Program-made: the position numbers and the translations under genes
Shown here: in pieces, positions 37,132-50,778 of the stretch
Layout of the letters: every line of letters begins with the position of its first letter
Position numbering within the stretch: position 1 is the first letter of the stretch
Assembly: GCA_951406725.2 (NCBI GenBank)
Contig: OX597821.1
Coordinates: forward strand, 50,778,001-50,842,000
Direction: 5' to 3'
DNA from: Octopus vulgaris
Taxonomy: Eukaryota
DNA length: 64,000 nt
The notes under the pieces: model-generated
Told to the model about the DNA's origin: nothing
Seen by the model: only the letters and a program-made list of their open reading frames with translations
Database searches by the model: none

Positions 37132-37313
37132 GCGACCGCGGGTGTATCGTTGGCGATTTTCTTTCTCCGTCTTCCCTTCTTTAGACTTTTTCTATATTTC
37201 TGATGAAAAGCTCCGCTCGAAACGTGAAATCCCCTTTCTTTTCTTTCCTTTCCTGAGCGTCCAGTAACACTGTACTTATTCCATGTCCTCGTGTTGTTCT
37301 TTCTTGCTTGTTC
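37130..37313 (+). mobile_element. Penelope-like terminal repeat with minimal HHR (37196-37230)
   Basis: AUUU CUGAUGA AAAGCUCCGCUC GAAACGUG AAAU; GUG triplet predicted non-cleaving; downstream UUCCUGAGCGUCCAGUAACAC. Confidence 0.62.
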
Positions 37314-37338
37314 ATACACACACACACACACACGCACG

Positions 37339-37391
<53 letters not shown>

Positions 37392-37392
37392 C

Positions 37393-37548
37393 AGTGGCTT
37401 TGTGGTAAGAAGCTTGCTTCCCAACCACATGGTGCTGGGTTCAGTCCCACTGCGTGGCACCTTGGGCAAGTGTCTTTTACTATAACCTCGACCCAACCAA
37501 AGCCTTGTAAATGGATTTGGCAGACGGAAACTGAAAGAAGTCTGTCGT
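37393..37548 (+). mobile_element. SINE family B, 5' half
   Basis: GTGGCTTTGTGGTAAGAAGCTTGCTTCCCAACCACATGG...GGTTCAGTCCC...CACCTTGGGCAAGTG. Confidence 0.9.
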
Positions 37549-38395
37549 ATATATGTATATATATATATGCTCCATCTCCACTCTACTTTTCCTTCTCCTC
37601 TTTCTCTTCTCTTAAATGGTTTTTCTCCCTCATTGTGTACGTGTAAACCTTTCATTTACACACTGGCTTCTGTATACGTATCCTGCAATTCTCCACATAT
37701 GTCCCTTTTACTCTTTCTCCTCATTTCTTTGTGCGATGTATAGTGAAATTAACTAAGCAGCTAACCAACATTTATATCGGTTATTATTATACAAAGATAG
37801 GTAACTATAGATAATATTACAAAACAAAACAAGAACAATAAAAAAATGCCTCGACATGGAGGAGCCATGACATACGGTAATAGGGGACACTTTACAAACA
37901 ACCCCAAATTACTTTGATACACCAAAGATGAATGCATCCTCCTAGTTCTTTTTACCAGCTTACAGTTACCATAGTTAATGTGAGCCAATTTTAGCCATCC
38001 CCATTTCGCCACTCAACCTACCTTTCATTAAATTTGCCTTTAACTTTCTCCTTAAGTGACTGAAGATTACTTTAGAATGAATTAGTCAATGTGTCTTTTC
38101 TTTTTAAGACAAAAAAATACGATATGAGAAAGCTTTGGTTGGTATTTCTTGCAGGTCAAGATACTCCTAAAGTTTGATCATTGGTTTATAGGCATTGATT
38201 TGTCGTATTCAGATTCAAGTCGAAGATTGAACTAAAAATGAAAACAGGTAATTTTGATAACAGGATAACTCATAAGGATTTATAACATTGAGTTGACTGC
38301 CTAAGCAAAATTAGAATCGATTAATGAACGAAGTGCGCAATTACCCCTGGAACCTGTTAATTAGATATCGACCCAATAATATTAAGAAAGAATAC

Positions 38396-38848
38396 TGTTA
38401 ACAACTGAAATTAATACTTTAATGTGATTCATTATAATCGAAATAGTTGCTAGCAATAACCAAACTATTTCATCAATAATTACAATTATGATATACTCGC
38501 CGGACATTTAAGTCAATTAATAAGAGTACACACGAAGGGAGATAATTACAATATTTAGTTAAGCGCCACTCAAATTTCGATACAGAGTATGTTTAGACGG
38601 AATAGCAGAAGATAAATATTGATTGCGATTAGAACACTATTAATTAACAAATAGTGTCGAATGAGTGATACATGCTTTTGGGATCAAATGAAAGTAAACA
38701 CAGATATTTGGAAATATTATGGTGGTTCTCAGGAAAGGTGACTTAGGTTAAAAGGAATGTGAGATAATTAAAGAAGAGAGGTTAAGAGTTAGGTGAGATA
38801 AATAATTAACTGAAAGTTATTGAAAGTGTGGAAGATTAATATTTAACA
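38396..38848 (-). mobile_element. Possible solo LTR
   Basis: TGTTAA...TTAACA termini, flanks ATAC/ATAA (3 of 4 match), ATTAAA near the 3' end on - strand. Confidence 0.3.
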
Positions 38849-39593
38849 ATAATCAACAGAAATAGAATTGAAGAGATAGAATAGAAAAGAATGCAAGCTT
38901 TTGCAGGTTACAAGAACACAAATTGTTTGTATGCTATACTACAAAAGTCGTGTATATAAGAAACCTTCACAGTAGCCTATACAAGATAATGTATAGTGGT
39001 TCATACAAGCAGCCTATACAAGTAGCTAAAATAAGAAGCCGACATAAAATTCCTAAATAAAACGCTTACAGAAACATACAACAGTCTACACGTAGATCCT
39101 ATAACAAGACTCAATACAAACAGCTTGCACAAAATGCCTACATACAAAGACTACAAACGTAATCCACAGTAAAAGCTTAGAAAAGACATTATGAAATTTA
39201 TGTTTAATGGTTTAATGTGGAAGAAGGGAGTGTGTCCATGATCATCGCATATGAAAAGTACGGATTAAGGCCAGTAGGAAAAACTCGGACGTAAATGATA
39301 TTCCGGAAAGTTGACATTCCTGAGCGTAAAGTTTAAATAATATGAAAGTTGCGGGACCTGATGGTTGGTAAGAAGAAGAATGATGGATGCCTCGGGTAGG
39401 CCAGGGAGAGATTGGTACGCACTTAGCTCACCCAGAGAGGTGGTAGAATGGACAGAATGAGAAGTGAGAGTAGGTAGAGCAATACTTTGGGTGTATGAGT
39501 ATTTCCCAATCAGTTGGATGAGTTTTCACTTTCGTTTGAATGCAATTTATAAGTTTGTGTATGTGATTATGTGTGTATATGTGCGTTTGTGTT

Positions 39594-39656
<63 letters not shown>

Positions 39657-40227
39657 GTGTGTGCGTTCGTGTGTGAGTGTAGCAGCCGTACTGTCCTAGA
39701 TGCAAGAATGTTGGGACTACTGCACAATGCGTCGTACGTCGTAAAAATATCTTTGAGATTCTTTCGCTAGTGACAGTTGTGCTATTATCATATGAACTCA
39801 TTAGGCAAGATCAACAGAGTTTATGAACCCTAACCATTTGTAGTAAATTTTAAGGTTTGAAACATTCTAGGGCTATGATAATGTGGCAGAGATATTAATG
39901 CAGCAAAAACCACGTTGAGGCTCCTTCGTTTTCTTCCATGCCTCTATTTGGTCCTCATCGCAATTGGTCCTCATCGAAGATGACATTATAAAGTAATGAC
40001 ATTTAAATAAAATACAGTGACCGACTAAAGGTTTGTATGTGTGTTTATGTGTTTATGTGTGTATGTGTGTGTATTTTGACATTACAAATTTCATTGTAAA
40101 TGGATGACATAACATTCCAAAGTCACCATGTTCTCGAAACAAAAAGTGTAGATTTTTGATGGTGGACACCCAAAAATTGGGACGGAAAATATAACAACCG
40201 ATAAATAAATCTTTGTAAGTTATGACA

Positions 40228-40330
<103 letters not shown>

Positions 40331-40352
40331 CTGCAGAGATATATATACATAA

Positions 40353-40422
<70 letters not shown>

Positions 40423-40511
40423 CGTGTGTATGTGTTAGTGTGTGTTGGTGTGTGTATGTGTATGTATATGTCTATATGCGTACATATGTATACAGATATA
40501 TACATATTGTC

Positions 40512-40542
<31 letters not shown>

Positions 40543-40877
40543 GTCTGTCTATCTTTTTATTTATTTATTATATTTTGCAATAGAGAACCAATAAAGCAAA
40601 TTATGTTTTGAAAGGAAACTCAAATAAACCAATGAATATACAATGTTTCACATTTAGAAATAACGATCGTCGAATAAGAGGCTTTGGTGACATTTTGCAT
40701 ATATCTGCGGTTAATTTCATCAATTAAATATTCCAGATCTTTGCACAATGGTATTTTGTGAAATGCGTGTGTGCATGTTTATGGTATACATGCATACATA
40801 AATACATACATACATATATGTATGTGTGTGTATGTATGTGTGCGTGCGCAGGTGTATACATGTGTGTGTATAATATA

Positions 40878-41310
40878 TTGTGTCATCCCATAAATAATGC
40901 GGTTTTTCAAGTGCCTGAACTAAAAACTCGGAAGGGGACGGGATAAAGTACCTGCATCAACTTGCTATTAAAGCAGGTAGTAACTTTACATTTTCCTTAT
41001 TCTTAGTGCAATTTCTAAAGAGTGCAGTTCGATTTTAACAGTTATTTTTTGAAAGCTATAGTGGAAGTGATAAATTAGGCATTTTTTGCTTTATGAGTTC
41101 AATAAAGGCAACAACGCAATGGAAAGTGCGAGAAATATTAATGCAGTATATGGTGTTCGGAAAATAAGCATAAGCCAGTGGCAACGGTTATTCCAAAAAT
41201 TCCGAGCCGGAAACTTTAGCCTAGAAGACGAGCCTCGTCCTGGAAGACCTGTAGAGCTCGACGAGGACATCCTGCAAGCCCTGCTGGAACAAAACCCCAT
41301 CGTAACTTTT
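40878..41310 (+). mobile_element. Mariner (Mos1-like) 5' fragment
   Basis: LYEFNKGNNAMESARNINAVYG...FQKFRAGNFSLEDEPRPGRP HTH region (ORF 41086..41313). Confidence 0.88.
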
Positions 41311-41500
41311 TAATAAAGCATATTACTCTACCTCCGGTATTCGAGTACTGTTTTTACCACCTTGTTTCGCATTTATGCGTTTACTCTGCTGAAGAGCGTT
41401 GGCTCGAAACTTAAAAGACTTTCCCACCATTCCGAGCGTCAAACTAATGCACCTGCTTTACACCTGTCTTCGTCTTTTGTTTTCCTGTAATTTTCAACTA
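41311..41500 (+). mobile_element. Chimeric Penelope-like terminal-repeat fragments with HHR core
   Basis: 41311-41388 matches 36898-36975 inverted; then CUGAAGA-GCGUUGGCUC-GAAAC at 41389-41410 and UUCCGAGCGUC downstream. Confidence 0.58.
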
Positions 41501-41574
41501 TATGTGTGTGTATGTGTGTGCGCGTGTTTGTGCGTATGTATGTATGTATGTATGTATGTATGTATGTATGTATG

Positions 41575-41607
<33 letters not shown>

Positions 41608-43059
41608 GTGCTGCTAAAATTCCAACATTTCCAAACATAGCGTGTGTTTGCTACATAGTCTTTGTCTACCTTAAGGTTGCAGTCACAGATGAGGTAAAAT
41701 TTTACAAGAGACAAATATTTTCAGAGTTTAACTACTCTAAATTGTGTTACCACTGCAGTCCTTACACCCCCCCCACACACATTTCGTTGTACTCTTAAAA
41801 ATTTGATAGACTTTCGAGAAAATGGGAAATATTATTTTTGGGGAAGTGGTTCTCAAAGCATATAAATGTTAAAGAGATAGATACATATATGTGTTTTATT
41901 GAAAAAAATATTTTTCTGATTTAATCTTTCTTTTTATTAAAGTTTTCTGATATCTGATATCAGACTTTTTTGTTGTTTGTTCCGTTTGGAATGAGAAATT
42001 TCCAAAATTCATCGTTATCAACATTTTTAGGCTATCTCAGCCGGATCTTCAGGATATAGTGAAATTTTTAGCTCCTGTGCTGCTGTTTTTATGGTAGGCA
42101 GCTTATGTTTATAGTTTCCTGCAAGATTTCTTCCAGGGTCGATAAAATATATATTCCGTCAATGCTGGGATGATATATTAGACCGTTTCTCACTCCAAAA
42201 TTTTTTGTTCAGTTCCTTCTGTTAGAAATGGATATTCATATTATAATCTGGCCTCAGAAAATTGAGTGATTCCATTCTCCAAATTTTCTACACCGAATGA
42301 CCTGGTCTCGAGTTTAACTCTGAACCAACTAGTGTGGTTTCTCGAACTGCTAGAAATAGCAGCCACGTCTCTGTCACATTACATCCTACTATCTTAAGAA
42401 AAGTATACATTTGCTAGTATTGTCCAAGGTAGACTAGAAAAACCGCTTCATGGTAATAGCCTGAGTAAATTTTTATCTTCTTTATCAAATGTCTTCAACG
42501 TCTGTATCATCTGACAATAACAAAAACAAGAAATGAAAGACACTCTAGATTTTGAATATTATTTTCCAGAGTATGAAGAAGTACTTGATCGGAATAGAAT
42601 GCCGGAATGGCATTTCGTTCCAGGACAAGAAATTTCTTAAACGTCCAGAGAATCCTTCTTGTGGCCTTCAAATCTTTTTTGCAACAAAATATGTTTACCG
42701 GATGGCGCATTCACCAATGGAATGTTCATCTATGGAATGTGCACCACAAATTATTTTTGTTTGTATACCCCAATATTAGACTACTTTCTAAAGTAAATAT
42801 ATATAGTGAAAGCTTATAATTATATTTATAAAGTTTTCACTCGTCACTGTTTCTTTACTTACACAGTGTTTACACAATTACCTCCATGAAATCAAAGATC
42901 CAAAATTTAGCAGGAAACAGTGGATGGCTATATTGGGGTAATCGGTTGGCGCACTTATCGCTAAAGTAAGAGGTATGGATTTGATACTCACAAAGTTTTC
43001 ACTTGTCACCAGTTCTTAATTTACGCGGAATACGCACATGTTTACATAAAAAGTAGTAA

Positions 43060-43305
43060 AGTACGTTTTCGAGTCATTTATACTCATAAAGGCCGGTGTC
43101 CCGGTTTCCATTGAGTATATATTCCCCACCTGGGCGGGACGTCAGTCCGTCGCAGGTTTACTCATTTTTGTTAGCTGAGTGGACGGGAGCAACGAGAAAT
43201 GAAGAGTTTTGCTCAAGAATACAACGCGCCACCCGGTCCAGGAATCGAAACCATAATCTTATGATCCCGAGTCCAACACAGTCTAACCACTAAGTTACGC
43301 GCCTC
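43060..43305 (-). mobile_element. SINE family C
   Basis: Reverse complement of 5100-5353. Confidence 0.82.
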
Positions 43306-44258
43306 TACGTTTACATATTCGTGTAATTTAATGTAGTGCGATGTAGTCTAATGCAGCCTGGTGTAGAGCAACATAAGTTAGAGAGTGCTCTATATGTCGT
43401 GTAGTGTTATGAGTTTTATGTGGTTCCAATGTTTGTCATGCTATAAAGCAGATGTCTAAAGTCATCTACTGATATATTGATAGTTCAATATTTCAATATC
43501 GACATCGATTATTTTGATGTATTTTGATTCAAAGAAATTTAGTTCCACTCTAGTTTGGCTCCACATTGAAACAGGAACACTTCCAGACTCACTAATAACA
43601 ACAAAAGCACCACCACCACCAACACCACCACCACCAACACCACCACCACCAAAAACAACAACAACAACAACATCAGCAACGACAGCTTCCTCTGCGGTGT
43701 CTATCATATTTTCATTGCACACAGATAAATATTTATGAAATACATTTGTAAAGAAAATAAAAATCCATATAATATAATAAACGAAAAATAAAGGAAAAAG
43801 ATAGCGGCTTAACTGTATTGGTATTAACTTTCTTTTTTTAGTGGAAACTGTGGTTCTTGCAGTTGGCTGTTGCTATTGCTGTTGCTGTTGTTACTGTCGA
43901 GTTATATACAAAGTTTATAGTTGTTGTTAAAAAAAAAAGTCACAACGTTATGAGGTTGCGAATAAACTTCGAAACCAATGATGATTTTCTTACACCGAGA
44001 AGCAATAAACGTTCTCAATGGTTGTTTAAACACATCACCCTCTTTATCTGTATTTTAGAGAACTAGTCATCCACTCGCTCATTATTCCATAACTTTATGC
44101 ACCAACCTCTCTCTTTCTCACTCTCCCTGTCCTTCTCTCTGTGTTTATATATCCCATCCCATTTCACTCACTCACAACACATGCACACATACGTAAGCAA
44201 AAACATCAATATCTACTGTCTATTTGTCTATTTACCTGTCTATCCAATAATCTGATTG

Positions 44259-44431
<173 letters not shown>

Positions 44432-45180
44432 GTGTCTGTCAGTCTGTCTGTCTGTCACACACGCGCGCGCGTGTAAGCGCTTTCCTTCTCCCTCTGTGCG
44501 TGCCTACACGCACACGTCGTGTATGCTTGCATGGACAAAGTCGAATGTTTAAGATATTTCAGTTCGTAATCATAAGACCAAGAGTTCATTCCCACAGCGT
44601 GGCATCATGGGCAAGTGTATTTTACCACCGCCTCACATTATCCCAAACTCAGTTTAGACTAAAACATTAGAGGTCAATCTATTGGATTATACCCCTTATT
44701 TAAAGGACCAATATTTCTCACAAACTCTTATGTTGACTCTAACCGAGCATCATGTTAAGGGTACTCCTGTTTGTAGAACATTCAAACTTCTGCACTATAA
44801 GACACAGATGTGGCTGTGTGGTTAAGTCGGTCGTTTTGAAACATTGTTGATTTGGGGTTCAGTCCCACTTCGCTATACCACGAGCCGATGTCTTCTGAAT
44901 CGAACCGGAGACCAACCAAATTGCCAGTGTATATATATATAAATATGTTAGAAGGTTTGGAGGTGATGTACATGTATTATATATTAAAAGAAATAAGGTA
45001 TTCAGAAATCTGGATGGTTATAATTTAAAGAAAAATCTCTATTAAACAATTCAATTGTGAAAGTCGTTATTCACGACATAGAGGCATTTCTCTAAATTAT
45101 ATACATATATTATATATTGTAAAATTTGATTTAGAATTGCTAAATTGAATTTTTCTCTGTAAGTTTGGAATTATATTCCC

Positions 45181-45255
<75 letters not shown>

Positions 45256-45274
45256 CATTATTATTATTATTATT

Positions 45275-45699
45275 GAGCGAGAGAGCAGTTCATGCCATCA
45301 AAGTGACACTGGGGTGAAATATACGAAGCCCAATATACCCATCATGACTACTCGTCTGATAAGGGTACACCAGACACATGCATCACAACCATGTGTGTGC
45401 AACATGGTGATCTCATATCAAAATAAACAGCACATGACCTTGCAGGTGGGGCCCAGTTAGAATTTTCTTCTGGTCGAGTGACCCATCCCACTCAAAAGGT
45501 CCCTGAATAAGGGTTGTTTGAGGATGTTGAACAAAACACCCATGTTTCCAGAGGTGAATTATTCAAATCCCCAAAGAATCCCTCTCATTACATGGTTACG
45601 ATGCTCCCCCACTACTTCTGCTCGTGATCAGAGATGCACATAACGTCATCCACTAAGGGACATGCTCAACTGGTTATGGTCAAACAACTGATAAACAAA
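45275..45699 (-). mobile_element. TAA-associated retroposon (62571-63124 family), 5'-truncated
   Basis: Reverse-complement match; (TTA)n on both flanks. Confidence 0.92.
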
Positions 45700-45781
<82 letters not shown>

Positions 45782-45784
45782 ATA

Positions 45785-45851
<67 letters not shown>

Positions 45852-46193
45852 GTTAAAGAGGGCAACAAACATTAAGGTAAGGCAAACATCTCAAGTCATA
45901 TACATTATTATTGGTAACAACTTAGGGATATCCCAGAGTATGAGATATTCCGTCATCGGAGACAAATAGGGAAAATGAAAAAGCTATAGATTAATGAAAT
46001 GACAACATAGTAATCCGTTACAGCGCTTAACCTAGCGTACCTAATCGTTTAGATCACCAGTGAACTAAGCCCCCATACTTTGTATATATACCCCTTTCGA
46101 GGTCAAAAAATTAAGTACCAGCAAAATACTCGGGTCGATATAATCGACTGTCCTCCTCCTCCAAATTTCAGACCTGTGCTTATAATAGAAAAG

Positions 46194-46262
<69 letters not shown>

Positions 46263-46521
46263 ACATGTGTTACTAATACGTCACAAAAATGGTGAAATAT
46301 CGGTATCCATCACAAGTGAAGTCGATCGGAGGTGAATTGTTCTCACCTGTCTATGACTTTCTGGTATTTACAATCCAGTATAATGTGGGGTCTTCCTCAG
46401 AGTCGCCCCCAGAGAGCAGCGGAATGGTGAACAAACAAAGCACATGCATTGAATAGGTGCAGGATGATAATATAGGCGATTCTCCAGCATGGTTGCAGTC
46501 AAATGACTGAAACAAGTAAAA

Positions 46522-46552
<31 letters not shown>

Positions 46553-49482
46553 CGCATAGACATACATGTATGTGTGTATGTGTGTGAGCGTATATGTATG
46601 TATTATATATAAATACACACACATTACCCTTACCACATATATAATAATGAAATAAATATATAATTATAATGATAATTAACCATGAATCTTGCAACCCGGA
46701 TACATGGAACAGTCTGTAACTTTGTTAAAATAATACGCTACCCGTACCGCACGAAAAACAACGCTTAGATAAGCTTTTAGTTTTTTAATGTAAAGGAGGA
46801 AGATAAGATATTTACGTGACGAGAAAAAATAATATTCAACATTGACTAATATTAGTTTGATTCTCTAAATAATTCCATTTTCTACATCAATCAGTTTACT
46901 TCCTTAATAGTTTATTTTGTGATACCTCCTTTCTTACTTATGCAAATACGTTGAATTCGCTGTGCCACTGATGAGGACCAATGCGAGGAAAACTCACCCG
47001 GAGTTGTTTCCCATACATGTGCAAAAAATGAAAACTATATCAAGTAATTTTATTCCAATTAGCTTTTTGATGTTGGCTACTTTAAATAAATTAACATTTA
47101 ATTAGGTGAATTAAATTTAGATAAGTTTATAATAAAAATTGAGTCAACAATTTAAAATATGATATCATTCAGAGGTGTATGTTAAATATCAATATTTAAT
47201 TTCGGGAATCAATCAATAATTTAATGTTATGAATCAATATTGCTTAGATGAAGCTGAACGCATTCAGAACTAAATGAAATGAAAAAAGAAAACCCTCATC
47301 AAATTTTCCTAATTATCGTTTTTATAATCAACAACGAAATTATAGGGCAGTGGATTGACAGTCACGGTCGTTTCGTTTCGTATTTACATACCGCCATTAA
47401 TCGATTAAATATGACCCTTGTACTCTCTCCCTAAATTTAGGAATATTGTCTATGTTAGTAATAATAATAAAATGCAAACTGGAAAAAATTATATAAACGC
47501 TAGATTAGATGCATTAATGCGATATTGTGAGCTGATACATCAGATAGAGAAGGTGAGTTGGAATGGGGTGGAAGTGACGTGTGGTGAAGTCAGCCGAGTG
47601 CGACTTTTCACTTTGTAGGCTTGAGTAGTTAGACAATTAGACAAGTGGAGATTTCTCTGCGAGTGTAGGTAGTCATTCATTTATTTTGTTTGTTTCCGAT
47701 ACACTGCTTTCTTTATTGTTCTGCGCGAACACCACGGAGATTTGCTGTCAAAGACCCGTGGCTTAATATAAGGCGAAATCATTTTCCGTTGTTCGCCAGT
47801 TTCCACAGCAAGCTGTTTCGGTTTGTAACCCGGAAAATATATCGGTCACTATAAAGATATGCAGAGGAACGATAACGAAATAGATGTGGTCATGTGGGCG
47901 AAGAAGATAAGGTTGGTTGTGAAACAGCAAGACATCCCTCATATGGCAAGTCTTATGTCGTAGTATTTATAGGGTCCTACGTTGGCTCTTTGTCTAGAGA
48001 TGAGTGAGAAAGGAAAAATAGAAACCAAGGTGAAGGAGGATTTCACGGAATGGCTTTTGTAGCCGACGGCTGGGTGGGAAGAGCAAAGTGGACTGATGAA
48101 CAGGGGCATATATTTGCCAATGAGATCAGAAGATTGACGAGACTGGGTAGATACATTGGACAAAGGTTGTAAAGGACAGTAAGCTAGTTTGCGACTGGTT
48201 TCTTTGACTTCATATCAGTAAAAGTGCGTCAGTTGCCTGTTACTGAGGCCATAAATTTATCGTTTTCTATCTAAGTTTATTCTACTACATTAGTAGCAGA
48301 ATGCAATTCTTTCATTCTCTAGTTCTGATGAAATTATTATGGAGCATCCTGACTGTTGAAAACCTACATTTTGAATCCAAAGATGATGGTGTATTTCAAA
48401 CTGATGTAATGCTTGCCTTCTTCGATTAAATGGAGTCGGCTGAAACGGCCGTAATGCACTAATAGCTGGACATCCTTGTTACTTATTTGGTATATATATA
48501 TATATATATACACACATACACACACATATATGCGCGCGCGCGTGTATCTTCAGGAATAGCGTACTATTTGGGGGCACATTTCGAAGAATTTAGTTACTGT
48601 CATTTCTAGCAATTCGAATAAACATGCAGAGGTTCCCCCTTTTGTGAGTGGTCTCTGAGCCTTTACAGCTACGAGGTTAATGAATGAAGGTTGATGACTA
48701 AATGTTGAAACGAAACATCCTTGTTATGCACTCAAATTGTAACCACAGATCAAATTTTAAAAACCTTCCACACCTACAAGCGCAAAATTCTACCAAATTT
48801 AACTCTTCACCTGTTCAAGGCATTTTCGTAAGTTTGTTTTAAACACCTAAGCTTGTTTTTAAACTTTCAGATGGCTCTTACGGTGGTTGAAAAAAAAATT
48901 GGTATGTGTATCGTAAATGATGCATGGACACTAGGGAAAGCTATCTTGTTTATTACATGTGATATGTTAGGCAAGCAAAGGATTAAGTAAGGGATTTTGT
49001 GTCTGAAGCTGAGACGATAAGCTTTCTATAACATTGTTGACAACATCTCGTTAGCAAGTCGACACAAAATGATTTCATTGGGAAGATTATAAGCTATTCG
49101 CAGATTTAGTCTTTCATTCGCTGTTTCACGGTTATACAATTATATCTTATGAAACACTAAACACTGATTAAAAGAAAAATAAAGAACAAAAAGAAAAACA
49201 ACTAAAAATGTCCAGATACTAAAAAAAAAAAAAATTCCGCATTCATTCTAAAGTATTGAAAACATCTACTAAATAGGCTTTTAGTTTTATACAATAGGTT
49301 CTAGAAGGTGCATAGTGTGATGCAATATCACAGTCTACGCAAAAGAAAAGGAAATTAAAATGATTCTCAATATATATATATATATATATACATACATACA
49401 TACAAACATATATATATATATGTACATACAAACATATATATGTATATATACAAACATATATATCTATATATCTATATATATA

Positions 49483-49514
<32 letters not shown>

Positions 49515-49517
49515 CAT

Positions 49518-49568
<51 letters not shown>

Positions 49569-49703
49569 TATACATATATATATATATTCACACAAATATC
49601 TAAATATATTTACAAGTATATATATATATATATGCATGTATATATAAATATATATGGTTGCATGTATATATATACACGCACACACACACACATATATATG
49701 TAC

Positions 49704-49779
<76 letters not shown>

Positions 49780-49868
49780 GTATACATATATCTATGTACG
49801 TATGTATTGAGAATCATTTTAATTTCCCTCTTTTGCGTGAGACTATGACATATTTGTGTGTGTGTGTG

Positions 49869-49907
<39 letters not shown>

Positions 49908-50202
49908 CGTCTGGGTTTATAGATTCACTTTTTTTGGGCTTTTCAGGCTTCCTTTTATTTTCTATCCTATAAGAGCATACCAATTTGTAATATAGAATGT
50001 AAAAAAGCAATTATGTTCAGTGCTGTCGATGGTTATTATGAGAGATTGAGATCAATATATCCATTGGTATTGCTTTTATATTGCTCACTTAACTTCTCTG
50101 AAATGCTAAAATACCTTATGCATTGTACAACATACATACATACATACATATTATTATATATGTGTATATATATTTATATAATATGTATACGTATGTATAT
50201 GT

Positions 50203-50248
<46 letters not shown>

Positions 50249-50660
50249 TATATATACATATATATATGATATATATTATATATATTTATGTATGTATATG
50301 TATATAAAAATATCACTGGCGGTGCCCCAGCATGGCCACAGCCATAGGGCTGAAAGATATAAAAGAATAAAGAATACACACACACATATATAAGCGTATG
50401 TAAGCGTACGTAGCTATGATTATGTACTTATAACTGTCCACATACTATACACACAGGCGGGCGTCAATTGAAGCGTGTGAACATGCTGTGAGAATAAATA
50501 ACCACATATGCATAGCAATGTGCATACACACATGCATGCACATATAAACACACGTCTATACACATATATATCTACAATCACTTTAAGATTGTATACACAG
50601 AGGTTCCTCATAACCTTATAAATATATATATGTGTATATATGTGTATATATATATGTGTA

Positions 50661-50715
<55 letters not shown>

Positions 50716-50718
50716 GTA

Positions 50719-50762
<44 letters not shown>

Positions 50763-50778
50763 CATACATACATACATA

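Noticed and set aside
42510-42800. Possible host exon (several short ORFs, plausible splice sites)
   Set aside because: No recognisable protein motif and no consistent partner exons; cannot be supported without RNA-seq.
43462-43738. Pro/Thr-rich ORF
   Set aside because: Driven by (CCA)n/(CAA)n repeats.
46968-46995. CUGAUGA...GAAAAC hammerhead-like
   Set aside because: No stem I or II pairing and no proper stem III/NUH arrangement.
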